Below, piece by piece: positions 19,528-28,054 of a stretch of 64,000 nt of DNA. Location of the stretch: NCBI GenBank assembly GCA_964551605.1, contig CAZKCV010000005.1, forward strand, positions 7,104 through 71,103. Direction: 5' to 3'. The notes below the pieces were generated by a model. It made no database searches. It was given only the letters and a program-made list of their open reading frames with translations, and was not told the origin of the DNA. Source of the stretch: an uncultured Gammaproteobacteria bacterium (GTDB taxonomy: Bacteria > Patescibacteriota > Microgenomatia > Daviesbacterales > UBA10151). Both the position numbers and the translations under genes were made by a program. The first letter of the stretch is position 1; every line of letters starts with the position of its first letter.

Positions 19528-20550
19528 CTAACTCTGCAAATACTCCCCCAAATTCTCATTAGTCACCTTAAACGGCCCCACCTCCCCTTCTACTTTTTTC
19601 CTGGCTACTTTGCGGCAAATTGCCTGTAAAGACCGAGAGAGAGACCTAATTCCTGAGTCAAAACCTAAAGGCCGAAGGATGGATGGCCAGGTAGCTTCAT
19701 CAATTACTAGCAAACCCTGATCGATCCCCGATTCTTTAATAGCCTTAGGCAACAGGTAATTTTTCCCAATCATTAACTTTTCTTCATCAGAATAAGACGG
19801 CATAAGAATTGGTTCTAACCTATCTAATACGGCAGTGGCAATATTGCCGGTATTGTTGGCTGTAGCAATAAAAAGCACCTGAGATAAATCATAAGGAAAA
19901 TCCAAATAATGATCCAGAAATGCCTGATTTTGGGCCGGATCCAAAAGCTCTACCAATACCCCCATAATATCTACCCGCTGTTCAACAGCCACCCGATCTA
20001 TTTCATCTAAAAGTATCACCGGATTTGATACCTGAGCAGACTTAATGGCTTTCATAATTTGTCCCGGTTCAGCGTCCGGGCGGATGCGCGAGGTGCCCCT
20101 TAAGCTGGCCGGGTCTCCCAAACCGCCAAACGGAATCCTGATTAAGGGTCGTCCTAAACTCTCTGCAATAGAATAAGCCAGGGAAGTTTTGCCGGTACCG
20201 ACTAAACCGATAAATGCCAAAATCGGGGCATGAAAATCATTTTCCTGACCGGAGCTTTTATGCAGGATCAGTACTGACAAATATTCTAATATCCGGTCTT
20301 TCACTGATTGCAAACCGTAATGGTTTTTATCCAAAATCTGTTTGGCCCGGTTAATATCTAAAATGTCTTGTGAATTTTTTCCAAAAGGCAAAGAAATTAC
20401 AAAATTAATATAAGAAGTTAAACCAGCCAACTCTAGTCCTGATCCGCTAAATTGCAAATAATTAAGCAGCTTTTCCTCAATTTCTTTAGGAAGACCAACT
20501 TGGGTAATCTTTATCTTTAACTGTTCAATCGTACTATGGGCAGAATCCAT
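19528..20550 (-). CDS. Lon-like AAA+ ATPase module with no N-terminal substrate domain and no protease domain
   Basis: Walker A GLVGTGKTSLAYSIAESLGRP, Walker B VILLDEIDR, sensor-2/helical region ending ...GIRSLSRSLQAICRKVARKKV...NENLGEYL. This matches the end of the LonA ATPase domain; the ORF stops where the protease domain would begin. Confidence 0.7.
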   Translation of the reverse strand: MDSAHSTIEQLKIKITQVGLPKEIEEKLLNYLQFSGSGLELAGLTSYINFVISLPFGKNSQDILDINRAKQILDKNHYGLQSVKDRILEYLSVLILHKSSGQENDFHAPILAFIGLVGTGKTSLAYSIAESLGRPLIRIPFGGLGDPASLRGTSRIRPDAEPGQIMKAIKSAQVSNPVILLDEIDRVAVEQRVDIMGVLVELLDPAQNQAFLDHYLDFPYDLSQVLFIATANNTGNIATAVLDRLEPILMPSYSDEEKLMIGKNYLLPKAIKESGIDQGLLVIDEATWPSILRPLGFDSGIRSLSRSLQAICRKVARKKVEGEVGPFKVTNENLGEYLQS

Positions 20551-20572
20551 TTCATGCTATATTTTACCCTAA

Positions 20573-20598
20573 TTGTCATTCCTGCGAAAGCAGGAATC
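20573..20598. repeat. GTCATTCC-hairpin element (TTGTCATTCCTGCGAAAGCAGGAATC), short member of the GTCATYC family
   Basis: 8-bp stem ATTCCTGC/GCAGGAAT with a GAAA loop, between the 193-aa paralog and the lon-like gene. It shares the GTCATYC head with elements at 32642, 52803 and 63331. Confidence 0.6.
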
Positions 20599-20615
20599 TA
20601 TACAAATAATAATTA

Positions 20616-21197
20616 TTACTGGGTAAATTTAAAGGTGGAAAGAATTTTCTCAGTGTATGACTCTGCTGCTTTTAAACCTCCCACTATGGTCAGTTGACTC
20701 TTTCCTGAAACTTTAACAATAATTAAGCCAAAAGAGGTCTTTAGTGTTGGCTTATCTGCAATTGTGGTAAAACTGGCATCAGGATAATAATTGTTTTTAA
20801 GGAGCTGTAGGGAGCGATCATCGTCAGTTATATCCACAGTAAAAACTTCATTTCCTTTATGGTCCCCATAACCATGGTCTGCTTTAGTGCCATTTAGAAA
20901 GAAGCTTACCTCATGTGCTTCATATCCCGGGACAGGTTCATAATACCAATCAGCAGGGTATTTAAAACTAAATTCGTTATTTTTAGCTGTATATATTTTC
21001 CAGTTAGCAGTTTCATCAACAATAGGCATAGGTTCAACTACGCTTTGCAAAGAATCATTTTTGGGAATTGTTTGCGTACGAATACTCAAACCCCTGAATT
21101 TACCAAAAAAATAGACACCAATAATGACTAACAATAAAACCAATACACCCACTAAAAAGAAGGTTGAAACCGAGCCTTTTTGCATTAAATTGATCAT
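20616..21197 (-). CDS. N-terminally anchored secreted protein, member of a paralogous family (WK[TI]YT...FS[FI]KYP...W ... ILSTFKF)
   Basis: MxxQKG + TM N-terminus, ANWKIYTAKNNEFSFKYPADW block and C-terminal ILSTFKFTQ. Paralogs lie at 54351-55289, 55863-57329 (two domains) and 57331-57993. Confidence 0.5.
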   Translation of the reverse strand: MINLMQKGSVSTFFLVGVLVLLLVIIGVYFFGKFRGLSIRTQTIPKNDSLQSVVEPMPIVDETANWKIYTAKNNEFSFKYPADWYYEPVPGYEAHEVSFFLNGTKADHGYGDHKGNEVFTVDITDDDRSLQLLKNNYYPDASFTTIADKPTLKTSFGLIIVKVSGKSQLTIVGGLKAAESYTEKILSTFKFTQ

Positions 21198-21271
21198 AGC
21201 ATAACTATTGAAATAACATTAATGAAACGATCGTTCAACTAATGTTATTAAAAATGTATATTTCTATAAGA

Positions 21272-21300
21272 GTATGTTCTCGACTACGCTCGAAGAATAA
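21272..21300. repeat. pnp 3'-flank motif GTATGTTCTCGACTACGCTCGAAGAATAA (direct repeat of 23711-23738; its CGCTCGAAGAATA core is the inverted complement of 23666-23678 just upstream of the pnp ATG)
   Basis: Direct comparison: ~85% identity in direct orientation to 23711-23738, and a perfect 13-nt reverse complement to 23666-23678. Confidence 0.7.
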
Positions 21301-21319
21301 TTAAGAATAAGAAGAAGAT

Positions 21320-23662
21320 TTACCTGTTGAAGCCGCCACGGCCGCCGCGATCCCTGCTACCACCGCCACTACGACCCCGGTCAAATCCACCAGACCTGGA
21401 AGAACCGCCTCTGTTAAAACCACCACTTCGTGGTCTGTCTCCAAATGGGCGTCTTTCACCGCCGCCAAACCTAGGTCTATCTCCGTATGGGCGTCTTTCG
21501 CCTCCGCCCCTGCTAAATCCTCCGCTTCTGGGCCTAAAACCTCCGCCGGAAGGCCTGCCTTCTGATTCCGGCTTGATATCTGCCCCAAACAGCATTGATA
21601 AACCAACCTTACCTTCGGGAGAAACTTCCGTTACCCGCACCTTAACTTCCTGACCCTCAGTGACTACATCTTCCGGCCTTTCTACATGACCGGGAGCCAT
21701 CTGGGAAATATGAACTAACCCATCCTTGCCGGGAGCAATCTCCACAAAAGCTCCAAAAGGTGCCAGCCTCACTACTTTACCGGTGAATTCTTCCCCCACA
21801 TTTACTGTTTTAAACATCCCTTCAATTTCGGCAATTGCTTTATCTACTCCCACCGAATCAGTTCCGGATACCATCACTGTCCCATCATCTTCAATATCAA
21901 TCTGAGCACCGGTTCTGGCAATAATGGCATTGATGTTTTTGCCGCCCGGCCCGATCAAAAGCCCGATCTCTTCCGGTTTAATATGCAATGTTTCTACTCT
22001 GGGCGCATAAGGCGACAGGGGGCCAGCACTAGGTATAACCGCTGCCATTTTTTCCAAAATCTCCAATCTGGCCTTTTTCCCCATCTTTAGCGCTTCCTCA
22101 ATAATTTCAAAACTTAATCCCGTCAGCTTAGTATCCATCTGGATTGCAGTTACCCCGTTTTTAGTTCCGGCAACCTTGAAATCCATTTCACCATAGAAAT
22201 CTTCTACTGCTCTCATGTCCGTTACCACTTGGAACTTTTTCTCATTGGAAAACAGTCCCAAAGCAATACCTGCCACCGGTTCAACAAGCGGGACTCCGGC
22301 ATTAAACAAAGCCAAAGTCATAGCACAAACAGAAGCCATTGAAGTAGAAGCATTGGCTGCCAAAACCTCGGATACTACCCTAATGGCATAGGGGAAATTT
22401 TCTTCAGCTGGAATTACACTGGCCAATGCTTTCTCGGCTAAAGCACCATGACCAATATCCCGCCTGTTAGGTGGACCTATTCTTTTCACTTCTCCGACAG
22501 AGAATGGGTTAATACCCATGTTGTAATGATGCATGAATCTTTTTTCCCGTTCTCCCTCCATACCATCCAGAGTTTGCTTAAGTGACGGAGCGCCTAAAGT
22601 CACAATAGATAATACTTGGGTATCGCCGCGATTAAACAAACCACTGCCATGGGTCCTTGGCAAAAGCCCCACTTCCATCTCCAGAGGTCTAATTTCCTCC
22701 ATAGACCGGCCATCTACGCGTTTGCCTTTTTCAAGCACGGTTTCATGGACAATTTCCTTGGCCACTTTATCGAAAATTCCGGCAATAATTTGGGGAGTTA
22801 GAGTTTCCGTATACTGAAGTGCTAATTCTTTTTTAATCTGATCACCGGTTGCCTCATGCCAAGGATGATCGTTATCAAAAAGGGCCGCTTCAATCCTTTC
22901 CTTGGTAATTTTGGTAACCTCAACAATTAAAGCCTCTTCAATCTCTTCTGCCAAATGTGAAACCGGCAGTTTTTCCTTACCGGCTTCTTTGGTAAATTCT
23001 TCAATCAAAGAAATTATCGGCTGTGAAGCAGCGTAAGCTTCTTTGATACCGGCAAAAACCTGGGTTTCATCAACTTGTTTACTGGCGGTTTCTATCATGA
23101 CGACTTTTTCGCTGCCGCACGCCACCAAAAGATCCATCTTCAATTTTTCCATCTCCTCCATGGGAGGATTTACAATCAATTTACCTTCTTCTTCCCCTAC
23201 CCGAACTCCGGCAATCGGGCCGTTCCAGGGCACGGAAGAAATAGACAGCGCAGCAGAAGCACCGATTAAACCGACAATATCCGGATCATTGGCCTGATCA
23301 ACGGACAGAACAGTTAAAATTACCTGGACTTCATTATTCTTAAATTCTTTGGGGAAAAGCGGGCGGATGGAACGGTCGATTAATCTGCCGGTTAAGACAG
23401 CCTCATCTGTGGGCTTAGTTTCTCTTTTGATAAACCGGGAAGAGGAAATTCTGCCTCCGGCGTAGTGTTTTTCTACATATTCTACAGACAGGGGAAAATA
23501 ACCGATATCTTCAGCCAGAGGACGGGTAGCTACAGTTGCTAAAATGACTGTCTCCCCCCAGGAAACCACAACAGAGGCATCTGCTTGCATAGCCAGCTTG
23601 CCTGTCTCTAACTTTAATTTTCGACCATTAAGGTCGATTTCTTTTGTAATAATTTTTTTCAT
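21320..23662 (-). CDS. pnp: Polyribonucleotide nucleotidyltransferase (PNPase) with an ~90-aa C-terminal RGG/RG-rich extension
   Basis: Two RNase PH domains, KH and S1 (FGAFVEIAPGKDGLVHISQ). It is followed by GGFRPRSGGFSRGGGERRPYGDRPRFGGGERRPFGDRPRSGGFNRGG...RGGFNR. Confidence 0.9.
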   Translation of the reverse strand: MKKIITKEIDLNGRKLKLETGKLAMQADASVVVSWGETVILATVATRPLAEDIGYFPLSVEYVEKHYAGGRISSSRFIKRETKPTDEAVLTGRLIDRSIRPLFPKEFKNNEVQVILTVLSVDQANDPDIVGLIGASAALSISSVPWNGPIAGVRVGEEEGKLIVNPPMEEMEKLKMDLLVACGSEKVVMIETASKQVDETQVFAGIKEAYAASQPIISLIEEFTKEAGKEKLPVSHLAEEIEEALIVEVTKITKERIEAALFDNDHPWHEATGDQIKKELALQYTETLTPQIIAGIFDKVAKEIVHETVLEKGKRVDGRSMEEIRPLEMEVGLLPRTHGSGLFNRGDTQVLSIVTLGAPSLKQTLDGMEGEREKRFMHHYNMGINPFSVGEVKRIGPPNRRDIGHGALAEKALASVIPAEENFPYAIRVVSEVLAANASTSMASVCAMTLALFNAGVPLVEPVAGIALGLFSNEKKFQVVTDMRAVEDFYGEMDFKVAGTKNGVTAIQMDTKLTGLSFEIIEEALKMGKKARLEILEKMAAVIPSAGPLSPYAPRVETLHIKPEEIGLLIGPGGKNINAIIARTGAQIDIEDDGTVMVSGTDSVGVDKAIAEIEGMFKTVNVGEEFTGKVVRLAPFGAFVEIAPGKDGLVHISQMAPGHVERPEDVVTEGQEVKVRVTEVSPEGKVGLSMLFGADIKPESEGRPSGGGFRPRSGGFSRGGGERRPYGDRPRFGGGERRPFGDRPRSGGFNRGGSSRSGGFDRGRSGGGSRDRGGRGGFNR

Positions 23663-23665
23663 AAA

Positions 23666-23738
23666 TATTCTTCGAGCGATTAGCGAGAAGTTACCTTAAG
23701 AATATTAATAATCTTTATGGTATGTTCTCGCTACATTC
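23666..23738. repeat. pnp leader motifs: TATTCTTCGAGCG (23666-23678, 4 nt upstream of the pnp ATG) and GTATGTTCTCGCTACATTCGAACAATAA (23711-23738)
   Basis: See 21272-21300. On the mRNA strand the leader 13-mer CGCUCGAAGAAUA and the 3'-UTR 13-mer UAUUCUUCGAGCG are perfectly complementary. Confidence 0.65.
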
Positions 23739-23862
23739 GAACAATAAACTCTTAAGGATTTGGAAACTGTGGAAGAGGTAATTAGCTTTCAGACTTTGGT
23801 CTGACGACTACTTCTCTCTTTGCAATCCCCAAATCTCTCTTACATCATTAAGTATAACACAA

Positions 23863-24132
23863 TTACTTAGATAATCCTAATTTCTCAATAACCACACTAT
23901 ACCTATCAGTCTCTTTTTTGAATAAATACTGAAGCAACCTGCGGCGCTTATTAACCATTGATAAAAGGCCGCGTCGGGAGTGAATATCGTGTGGATGTTC
24001 TTTCAAATGGTCAGTTAAATTCTTAATCTGTTCACTGAGTAGTGCAACCTGCACTTCCGGGGAACCTGTATCACCGCTTTTGGTAGCAAACTCTTTAATT
24101 ATTTTCTGCTTAATCTTCGGATCAAGTGGCAT
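23863..24132 (-). CDS. rpsO: 30S ribosomal protein S15
   Basis: 89 aa, ...[29 protein letters not shown]..., with the classic rpsO-pnp arrangement and a 200-nt leader before pnp. Confidence 0.9.
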   Translation of the reverse strand: MPLDPKIKQKIIKEFATKSGDTGSPEVQVALLSEQIKNLTDHLKEHPHDIHSRRGLLSMVNKRRRLLQYLFKKETDRYSVVIEKLGLSK

Positions 24133-24247
24133 CTAAAAATCCTTTCTGAGACAACCTCGGTGCCAAGACGTTGCTCTAATTTACAATGCGTTCTTCGCAT
24201 TGCACTTTGTTTGGGGTATTGTAACAGAAATACTAAAAATATGCAAG

Positions 24248-25297
24248 TTATCCGATTGAGGTGCCTTTGAAGATTTTCGGAGTCAGCCATTCCGGTTCAA
24301 CTGTTTCGGAAACCACCCCTTCTCCGGCCGGACGTTCTTCCGGTGAAGACTGGTTTTGATCACCAGCATTAGAAGCCGGTGTTGAGGGGGTGGACGATAC
24401 CACTGGCGGTACGGTAAATTCTGAGCTGGAAGATGGTGGTTGGGGTACACTTTGGCCAATGGCCGCTGCTACCGCATTCCAGTCATAAGTCGGCTGCTGG
24501 GGTACAGAAGGAGCAACTTGAACAGGTTGACCCTGTGCACCCTCCGAAGGCTTTCTACCTCCTACCCGAAGACAGTTGGCTACTGCCATATAAGTGTCTG
24601 CTGTTACTTTCGGGTCAGCTAAATTATGGGTGGCTTCAAAAATGCCGGCCAATATATTGCTGGCTATGTCGGCATCTAAATTAAAACCCAAATCAGTAAT
24701 TACCAAAGCTACTACTTCTGATAAAGAAGCGGCTTGCGGATCCAAAACATTGGTTTGGCCAAAACTGGTATTAGCCGGCTGGGTATCAATATTAACCAGG
24801 TGAGTACCGGAAAAAGCCTGGGGGTTTGAGGAGTAAATATTTCCCAAGGCATTTAAGTTAGCTGCCCCGATCACAAAAATTAAATTAAAACCAGAACCTT
24901 GATAATGAGGAACAATGCGGGCCGGTTGGAAAGTTTGGTTTGGTAAAACATGAAAGACTAAATTTAAGTTATTGTTTTCCGCATACCAATCCAGCTTTTC
25001 TAAGGCCGGCACCGTTCCATCAGAACTTGCCACACCTTCCAAAGTCAAGGTTAAATTACCACCATCTGTGGAAGGAAGGGTTTTTTGGACATGGTCTATC
25101 CCAAAAAGATGCCCGTGAGAAACCAAGACAGAGTCATCAGACACAATGCTGACTTGTTTTCCCTGGGCTTCAAAGGTTAAAAACAAAGCCAAACCGGCTG
25201 CCAGCCTATCCACATCTCCAGCTGCCACTGCAATCAGGATATTTTTAGCAGAAGGAAGCAGGTTTTTAAGCTCCGCAAGCTGTGAGTCGTATTTCAT
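24248..25297 (-). CDS. DHH/DHHA1-like (NrnA-like) protein with degenerate catalytic motifs and a Pro/Ser-rich C-terminal tail (tentative)
   Basis: Its position upstream of rpsO-pnp and an N-terminal fold pattern (ILIAVAAGDVDRLAAGLAL...VSHGH) resemble NrnA, but the DHH motifs are not conserved. The C-terminal ~90 aa are low complexity. Confidence 0.3.
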   Translation of the reverse strand: MKYDSQLAELKNLLPSAKNILIAVAAGDVDRLAAGLALFLTFEAQGKQVSIVSDDSVLVSHGHLFGIDHVQKTLPSTDGGNLTLTLEGVASSDGTVPALEKLDWYAENNNLNLVFHVLPNQTFQPARIVPHYQGSGFNLIFVIGAANLNALGNIYSSNPQAFSGTHLVNIDTQPANTSFGQTNVLDPQAASLSEVVALVITDLGFNLDADIASNILAGIFEATHNLADPKVTADTYMAVANCLRVGGRKPSEGAQGQPVQVAPSVPQQPTYDWNAVAAAIGQSVPQPPSSSSEFTVPPVVSSTPSTPASNAGDQNQSSPEERPAGEGVVSETVEPEWLTPKIFKGTSIG

Positions 25298-25423
25298 AGA
25301 ATTGTAGTCGCATTCTACACTTCTAGCCCATAATAGTCAAGTACCACGCTGACTATTTCAAGGTTCTGCCGAAGGCAGGTTCTTATAAAGATCAAGTCCT
25401 CGGTCTTCATTACTCTGAAGGAA

Positions 25424-25504
25424 CTTCCACCTCGGAGGTGGAAGTGTAGCTACACCTCGGTATATTCACTCTATGTTCACCCTTGGGGGATTTTGTATTG
25501 ACAG
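25424..25504. repeat. Copy 2 of the ~80-bp nested-palindrome repeat (see 14862-14939)
   Basis: gaaCTTCCACCTCGGAGGTGGAAGTGTAGCTACACCTCGGTAT...ccttgggggattttgtattgacagctgcgga. It lies between the divergent DHH-like gene and the Phd/RelE operon. Confidence 0.85.
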
Positions 25505-25536
25505 CTGCGGAAAACGATAAATAACAAATTGCACTA

Positions 25537-25565
25537 TTGACATACAATTGTATATACAATAATAT
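25537..25565 (+). promoter_or_regulatory. Sigma-70-type promoter TTGACA-N17-TAATAT with a palindromic operator-like TACAATTGTA in the spacer; it drives a near-leaderless antitoxin mRNA
   Basis: TTGACA at 25537-25542, 17-nt spacer, TAATAT at 25560-25565. The ATG of the Phd/YefM gene is at 25575, about 3 nt after the predicted TSS. Confidence 0.55.
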
Positions 25566-25574
25566 ACACATACT

Positions 25575-25817
25575 ATGTTTACGTTTCCTAGAACAACTAC
25601 AGCCAGAGAGATACAAAGAAATTACCGAAAAATTTTTGATTTGGTTAAGAAAACCAAAGAACCGGTGGTAGTAATGAAAAACAATAAACCGGAGGTAGTT
25701 ATTATGGACCCCAAGAAATTGGCAAAAATGCAGGCCATACTCGATGTCTTGGAAAGCCGTGAACAGGCCAGGCAAGGTAAAGTAAAGGAAGTAAAATCTT
25801 TCAAAGACCTTCGTTAA
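25575..25817 (+). CDS. Type II antitoxin, Phd/YefM family
   Basis: 80 aa, TTTAREIQRNYRKIFDLVKKTKEPVVVMKNNKPEVVIM, typical of Phd/YefM. Its stop abuts the toxin start. Confidence 0.75.
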   Translation: MFTFPRTTTAREIQRNYRKIFDLVKKTKEPVVVMKNNKPEVVIMDPKKLAKMQAILDVLESREQARQGKVKEVKSFKDLR

Positions 25818-26075
25818 GTGAAAATTTACCGGACTGAAAAATTCACAAAGGCCTACAGAAAGATACCTAAACAGGTTAAATTAGCTACCGAAGCTAAAGA
25901 AGAAATTTTCCGCCAAAATCCCTTTGATCCAAGGTTAAAAACGCACAAGCTAAAAGGTGAGCTAAAGGATTCGTATTCTTTCTCTGTTTCATACCACTGG
26001 AGAATAGTATTTCACTTCGAAAAAAATGACACTGTAGTCTTGGATATGATAGGGACTCATCAAGTCTACAAATAA
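25818..26075 (+). CDS. Type II toxin, RelE/ParE (YoeB/StbE-like) family mRNA interferase
   Basis: 85 aa with a GTG start directly after the antitoxin stop and the RelE-like C-terminal pattern ...SYHWRIVFHFEKNDTVVLDMIGTHQVYK. Confidence 0.7.
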   Translation: MKIYRTEKFTKAYRKIPKQVKLATEAKEEIFRQNPFDPRLKTHKLKGELKDSYSFSVSYHWRIVFHFEKNDTVVLDMIGTHQVYK

Positions 26076-26091
26076 GATATAATAACCAAGC

Positions 26092-26523
26092 ATGAAAATA
26101 GGCATTGGATTGATAATAATTTCTGTATCGACAGTGATTTATAGTCTTTTACCTGTTTTATTTAAAAAAGTAAACCAAAATATACCACCATTTACTGTCA
26201 TGGCTGTCTCTATGTTTGCTCTTTTTATTGCTGCGCTTATTTTAAGTTTATTATTCGAAAAAAGCATCAATTGGAAGTTTATAAATGACAACCGGAACCT
26301 TTTTCTGGTTTTGATAACAACAGGATTAATCAATGCTGCAGGGTTTTGGCTGGCAATTCAGGCTTTTAAATACATGCCTCTTTGGCAACAAACTTTATTT
26401 GGTTTATTTATACCCATTTTAACCGGTATTTTTGCCTATCTTATACTAGGAGAGACACTCAATCCCAAGCTATTTGTTGGTCTCTTAATTATGGCGCTTG
26501 GTCTCGTGATAGCAATTAGATAA
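26092..26523 (+). CDS. Small EamA/DMT-superfamily transporter (4-TM half-unit)
   Basis: 143 aa with four hydrophobic helices and the EamA-like segment GLINAAGFWLAIQAFKYMPL. Confidence 0.5.
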   Translation: MKIGIGLIIISVSTVIYSLLPVLFKKVNQNIPPFTVMAVSMFALFIAALILSLLFEKSINWKFINDNRNLFLVLITTGLINAAGFWLAIQAFKYMPLWQQTLFGLFIPILTGIFAYLILGETLNPKLFVGLLIMALGLVIAIR

Positions 26524-27979
26524 CTCTAAATGATTCCACGATGTCACCAATTGCAAAATCTACCTGGGGATCAAAGAGCATGCCACAGTCATTACCTTTT
26601 TCCACCTTATTTACCTCTTCTTTGACCTTTTTCAAGGATTTCAATTTAGTTTCACCAATTATCTCTTCTTCTCTGACTATCCTAATTCTTTGTCCTTTGG
26701 CAATACTGCCTTCAGTCATTCGGCATCCGGCAATTTTCTCATTTTTGCCATGAGGAAATTCGGCAATGATACCGGCCCGACCGATAACCTCTTCCAATTG
26801 TCCTACTTCAAGCAAAGTCTTAACTACATCTTCTACATCTTCTAAAAGCTCATAAATAATATTGTAGGTCCGGATTAAAACATGCTCATTTTCCGCCAAC
26901 CTCTGGGCTGTGGGCGCTACTTTAACATTAAAACCAATCACAATTGCTCCCACTGAAGCAGCCAGCTTAATATTTTCTTCACCAATATCCCCGGTGCCGG
27001 TAGAAACATAATCTACCACCTTTTGTTCAGCATTATATTTGTCCAAAGAAGCCTGAATTGCTTCCAATGAGCCTTGCTTATCAGCTTTGATAATCACTTT
27101 CAGGGTTTTAGTATCTCCCTGCTTTAACTTCTCTACCAGTGATTGTATTGCCTCCGCCTCTTTTACTTCAGCCAACTCCCCTAAGACTGCACCGACAGCC
27201 GGTACAGCTTCCAAACCTAACACCTCCACCGGGGTTGAAGGTCCTGCCGAATCGACAGGTTTACCGCTAAAATCAAATATCCCCCGGACCTTACTTTTAA
27301 TTTCCCCTATTTCTATTTGATTTCCTTTTTTCAAAGTGCCATTCCTGATCAAAATTGTAGCAATCGGCCCTTTAAACTTATCCAGGGTAGATTCAATTAC
27401 CACTCCGGCTGCCGGAAGAACCGGATCACCTTTTAGCTCATGCAATTCAGCCACCAAAAGAATAATTTCCAAAAGTTTATCCACCCCTTCGCCGGTTTTG
27501 GCCGACAGTTCTACTAACGGTATATCCCCACCGTACTCCTCAATATTAATTTTTTGATCTGCCAGCTGTTTTTTAATCTTGAGTAACTGAACATTTTTAT
27601 CTATCCCCGGTAAGTCAATTTTGTTCACTGCCACAATAATTGGCACCTTAGCCTCCTGGATATGTTTTATTGCCTCAACGGTTTGCGGCATAACGCCGTC
27701 ATCTATGGCTACCACTAAAACCGCAATATCTGCAACTTTGGCCCCGCGGGAACGCATCTGCTCAAAAGCGGCATGACCGGGTGTATCAATGAAAGTTATC
27801 ATCTTACCATCAAGAGTGACTTGATAAGCTCCGATATGTTGGGTGATGCCGCCGTGTTCTTTAGCTGCTACCGAGGATTTACGGATAAAATCAAGCAAAG
27901 TAGTCTTGCCATGATCAACATGGCCTAAGATAGTCACTATAGGTGGTCGTGTTTGTTCTGCCATCAATTCATCTCCCAA
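26516..27979 (-). CDS. infB: Translation initiation factor IF-2 (N-terminally short form)
   Basis: G-domain [19 protein letters not shown]...[24 protein letters not shown], and the IF-2 C-terminal beta-barrels. It follows nusA as in the conserved nusA-infB operon. Confidence 0.9.
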   Translation of the reverse strand: MGDELMAEQTRPPIVTILGHVDHGKTTLLDFIRKSSVAAKEHGGITQHIGAYQVTLDGKMITFIDTPGHAAFEQMRSRGAKVADIAVLVVAIDDGVMPQTVEAIKHIQEAKVPIIVAVNKIDLPGIDKNVQLLKIKKQLADQKINIEEYGGDIPLVELSAKTGEGVDKLLEIILLVAELHELKGDPVLPAAGVVIESTLDKFKGPIATILIRNGTLKKGNQIEIGEIKSKVRGIFDFSGKPVDSAGPSTPVEVLGLEAVPAVGAVLGELAEVKEAEAIQSLVEKLKQGDTKTLKVIIKADKQGSLEAIQASLDKYNAEQKVVDYVSTGTGDIGEENIKLAASVGAIVIGFNVKVAPTAQRLAENEHVLIRTYNIIYELLEDVEDVVKTLLEVGQLEEVIGRAGIIAEFPHGKNEKIAGCRMTEGSIAKGQRIRIVREEEIIGETKLKSLKKVKEEVNKVEKGNDCGMLFDPQVDFAIGDIVESFRVI

Positions 27980-28013
27980 TAAAATATTTTACCCTAAGAA
28001 GAATTAAGCGGTT

Positions 28014-28034
28014 AGAATTAAGAATTAAGAATTT
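28014..28034. repeat. AT-rich heptamer tandem repeat (AGAATTA)x3 in the nusA-infB intergenic spacer
   Basis: agaattaagaattaagaattt. A related tract lies in the opposite orientation at 33187-33214 (aattcttaattcataattcttgattcta). Confidence 0.7.
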
Positions 28035-28054
28035 GAAAAATAATTTTCATAGCT

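Noticed and set aside
21327-21653. 108-aa Pro/Arg-rich plus-strand ORF, and minus ORF 21301-21606
   Set aside because: They are alternative frames over the GC-rich repeat encoding the PNPase RGG tail. Their low-complexity translations mirror that tail.
24099-24290. 63-aa minus-strand ORF overlapping the rpsO start and leader
   Set aside because: It overlaps a well-supported rpsO and a hairpin-containing leader; no motif.
14862-25504. Interpreting the two 80-bp repeats as IS or transposon termini delimiting a 10.6-kb mobile segment
   Set aside because: The copies are in direct, not inverted, orientation. The intervening genes are core housekeeping (ftsK, rnj, pnp, rpsO) with no transposase or integrase.
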